From the NCBI GenBank assembly GCA_033442325.1, contig JAWQFM010000036.1:528943-592942 (forward strand): a stretch of 64,000 bases of DNA, given 5' to 3'. The notes beneath the pieces were generated by a model. That model did not search any database and was not told where the DNA came from. It saw nothing but the letters and a program-made list of their open reading frames with translations. Within the stretch, counting starts at the first letter, position 1; the number at the start of each line of letters is the position of its first letter. This document shows positions 51,761-64,000 of the stretch, piece by piece. This stretch comes from Salpingoeca rosetta. Lineage: Eukaryota; Protista; Choanoflagellata. A program made the position numbers and the translations under genes.

Positions 51761-52830
51761 ACTTTCTTGCAGTTGGTGATGAGAACGCTGCTGGTCCTCG
51801 CACGCGGCGTGCGGCGGCGAGGGAGAGGCGGCAGCGGCAGCGCAAGTCCATGACGAAACCGCAGTCGCGTGCTGTTCTCAGCGCCATCAACAACGCAACG
51901 CCCGCAGAGAAGGGCACCGTGGCTCGCGTGAACACTGCGGCAGCTGCTGCTTCGAGCATGAAACAGTCTGTCATGAACACGATTCTGAGCCAGGCGGAGA
52001 GCCCAAGTGCTGACAAGTGCATCAGCAGTGAGGATTCTGTTGTGCTCACGCCCAAGCGCACGCTTGGGTTAGTATCTTGTTGATTGTTGTTGTTGTTGTT
52101 TGTTGCCGAGATGGTGGTGTTTGTTGTTGCTTTCTGCGGTGGTGGTGTTGCGTGGTTGTGATGCTTTCGCTGCCATGGATGCTGCTCTGTCTTGCCTGTG
52201 CCGTGGACTCACAACCTATTGCGCACACACGTTTGCATGCTGCAACCGCAATGTTGTTTGTCACCGCCCAGCAACAACGATACGTCCGCTTATGAGGGCG
52301 ACAGCTTTGACAGCGCCGACACCATTGTACGAAGCGATGTGCTTGTGATTGTGCACGGGATCGACCGAGGCATTGAGCGAATCGTTCATGCTCTGTGTTG
52401 TATGTGAGTCAGTCTGTATCTGTCCATCTCCAACCATCACTACTTCCTCACGTGCGGCATGCGTGTTGTCTGACGCGTTTACAGGACATGGAGACGTTTG
52501 AGCGCGAAGTTCACGAGATGACAGAGGCGGCGAGCAAGATGGCGCACAAGAAAACGCCAGAGAACAAGTGCGTCACTCGTGTTTAAAAAACAGCTTTCGC
52601 TGCTGCTGTTGTTGTTGTTGTTGTTGTGGTTTGCGTTCAACTTATCCGCTTGCTCGCCATTGGCCGTCATATCGTGTCATGCGCTCTTCAACAGGTCTGC
52701 GCCTGCCCAGCACCGCCTTGAGAAATCGCTGCTTGAACCGCTCTCGTCCAAGAAGAAGCGCCAGTCCAAACGCCGCAAGCTCGGCGCAAAGACGACCACC
52801 ACCGTCTCGCCCGTCGCAGAGCCCCAACAG

Positions 52831-52900
<70 letters not shown>

Positions 52901-53138
52901 ACGCGAGTGAGTGAGTGCACCATGTGCGTTTGTATTTGCGTTTGTATGTGCACGCAAGTGTGTGCACCATGTGCGTTTGTATGTGCGCACGTCTCACTCC
53001 ACAATCTGTTGCCATGTTCTGCTCTGCACTGCGCACCACCAACGTGATCAGACAAAGTCTGGAAGTGCGATGGGTCGTCTGCTCACGCCGATTGCGCGCC
53101 GCCTGCGCCCACGTCGCAACAAGCGCGTCGCTGCATGA
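41829..53138 (+). CDS. KIF20: Kinesin-6 family motor (KIF20A/B-like), many exons
   Basis: [10 protein letters not shown]-loop [10 protein letters not shown], a long loop-6 insert typical of kinesin-6, [15 protein letters not shown]|[32 protein letters not shown] and [12 protein letters not shown] coiled-coil stalk follows and the protein ends with a basic tail ...[16 protein letters not shown]. Confidence 0.92.
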
Positions 53139-53304
53139 TGATTGCATGGCATTGTCATCTGCATGGGTTGATGTTGTGCGCATGTCTACGTTGCCACCAG
53201 AAAACCATTGTGTTGTGTTCATGAGGTCATGGCGTGTTGTGTGGAAGTTGTGGCTGACTGCAGGCTTTGGACTGATGATGCTGTAAGGAGTTGGGTCCAT
53301 GTGC

Positions 53305-53341
<37 letters not shown>

Positions 53342-53588
53342 GATCTACTTCTTGTTGATGTTGTTGCTGTGGTTGTTGTACCCACGACAGATGTCACTTG
53401 TTGATGTCAGACACGGAGCACAGTCGCTCAATAAAACTCAAAATGTTGTGTTGTGATGCGATGATAGGGAACGAAAGGCAGACAGCAGGCATATGAGGGG
53501 TAACTGAAAAACATCCTAACGTGAAGTTTGCGTGGCGGTTGTGGAAAACGAAAAACGTTCAACGGAGGACAAGGGTGGTGCATTGCAT

Positions 53589-53690
<102 letters not shown>

Positions 53691-53698
53691 CCCTCCCT

Positions 53699-62596
<8,898 letters not shown>

Positions 62597-62609
62597 GGTT
62601 GGTTGGCTG

Positions 62610-62644
<35 letters not shown>

Positions 62645-63697
62645 TGTATGTGTGTGTGTCTCTGTGTGTTTGTGTGTTGTACTGGTTCTGCCCTGTGTGA
62701 GCAGGCGGATGGTGTTTTGAGGTCGTGTGCGACTGTGGGAAAATGGTCTGGAAAGAAAAGAAGCAGAGGTGCGTGGAAAGACTTGGCTGCTTGAAAAGGG
62801 GAGCTGCCTGGGCTGGGCTGCGTTGGGTCGGACGCTATGACGTCGATCGATACGCTGGCCTGCTTGTCGATGGCAAGGGTGCTCGAGAAGGAAACGAGGG
62901 GAGGACTGGCGAACGGAGAAGAGAATGAGAGAAAGAAAGCACAAACGTCACACCCGAGCTGTGCCAGCCAGGTGCAAGAGAAAGCACACGTCTACACAGT
63001 CCTACAGCGACACCACTAGACCACTCCTCCGTCTCCGACGCAGTGATTCCCAAAGAGAAAAACCAAAGACCACACGCAAGGACACAACACGACACACGCC
63101 CCCCCCCCCCCCACCTCAACGCCAATGTCCAGCATGTCCAAAGACCGAGAGAGAAGCCTTTCGTGCAAACTTCGAGGGATGTCCTTCCTCCCGCCTTCCT
63201 CATCTTGGTTTCTGTGCCTGCCGCTAGCCTGCTTGTGGCGCTGAAGCTCCACCGCGCGAAAGGCGAGGCGGAAGTCGGTCGACCACGCACTTTCCCAGCC
63301 AGCGCGCCAAGAAGGACCCGTTCTGGAAGTGGCGCGTCTCAGTCGCCACCCAAAGGTTAGAAGGTTTGTTGTGTGTCTTTGTTTGCGGTGTCGAAGCGAA
63401 ACGCTGAACCACACTGCCCAGAACGCACGCCAGGCTTCTCGCTGCTGCGTTGGGTGCCCCGCCCACCAACAGGCCAACTGACTTGGGCCCGTCCCATTGG
63501 GTTGCGGTGGAGTGCAATTGGGAGAAATTGGGGCGTGGCTGCAGGGTTCATTTCTCAGCTGTTGCGCCTGTTGTCAGTGTTCTCCTCTCTCCTCTCCTCC
63601 CAGCCCCTCCCCCCAAAGCAGCGCCACCGCAAGCTTGTGCGTTTCTCCGCACGTCTGCCTTCAATTTCAGTTCTTCTGTTACAAGAACAGAGCCACG

Positions 63698-64000
63698 ATG
63701 GCCGACGAGCACCGCCTGACAGACGGCGTGTCTGTGGAGGCGATCAAGACCTTTTTCGCAGACCTGAAGAAGGAGTTCCCCGACACGTACACTGAGATGA
63801 CCACGGAGGATGCCTGCAAGCAACTGGTTGTGCCACGCACACGCCAGGACAACTGCGCCTACGTCGAGCAGCTGCGCAAGCAGTCGCCAGAACACGTGAA
63901 CAAGGCCACCGTCTTTGTGTCGCACGCATGGCGGTACAAGATCGCAGACGTGCTCAACGTCTTGCTGGAGTTTGCAGAGGAGCAAGCAAGCAAGGAAGAC
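63698..64000 (+). CDS. 5' end of a protein with a TIR/HET-like N-terminal domain (ATVFVSHAW), of the type usually followed by TPR repeats in choanoflagellates
   Basis: Open frame from ATG 63698 to the window end: MADEHRLTDGVSVEAIKTFF...MTTEDACKQLVVPRT...KATVFVSHAWRYKIADVLNVL. It is absent from the ORF track because no stop codon falls inside the window. Confidence 0.7.
   Translation, partial: MADEHRLTDGVSVEAIKTFFADLKKEFPDTYTEMTTEDACKQLVVPRTRQDNCAYVEQLRKQSPEHVNKATVFVSHAWRYKIADVLNVLLEFAEEQASKED

Overview
Eukaryotic, intron-rich, microsatellite-laden DNA. Gene content and style point to a choanoflagellate, most likely Salpingoeca rosetta (inferred, not verified). Most of the ORF track is noise from CA/GT/CAA repeats, so I rebuilt the genes by hand from GT-AG, phase-compatible exons. 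The genes, in order: 3' end of an SSUH2 homolog; CFAP53; an LRR-transmembrane TKL receptor kinase; a hypothetical coiled-coil/acidic protein; the small KGD4/MRPS36; an intronless low-complexity protein; a CaaX-terminated EF-hand protein; a PA-like/BED-finger low-complexity protein; a mitochondrial carrier with a GC-AG intron; a DAZAP1/Musashi-family RNA-binding protein; a kinesin-6; a large channel-enzyme gene; and the start of a TIR-like (FVSHAW) protein. The standout is the minus-strand gene at 53699-62596. It can be spliced into one protein: N-terminal 3-TM module, SLOG (TRPM MHR1/2), a TRPV/TRPA-like rather than TRPM-like pore region, a coiled coil, and a NUDT9-H domain with an intact Nudix box. 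It lies head-to-head with the TIR-like gene, which suggests possible TIR -> ADP-ribose -> SLOG channel signalling (inference). A second hotspot is one intron of the RNA-binding-protein gene, which holds two compact structured RNA elements and a ~470-nt AG-free zone.
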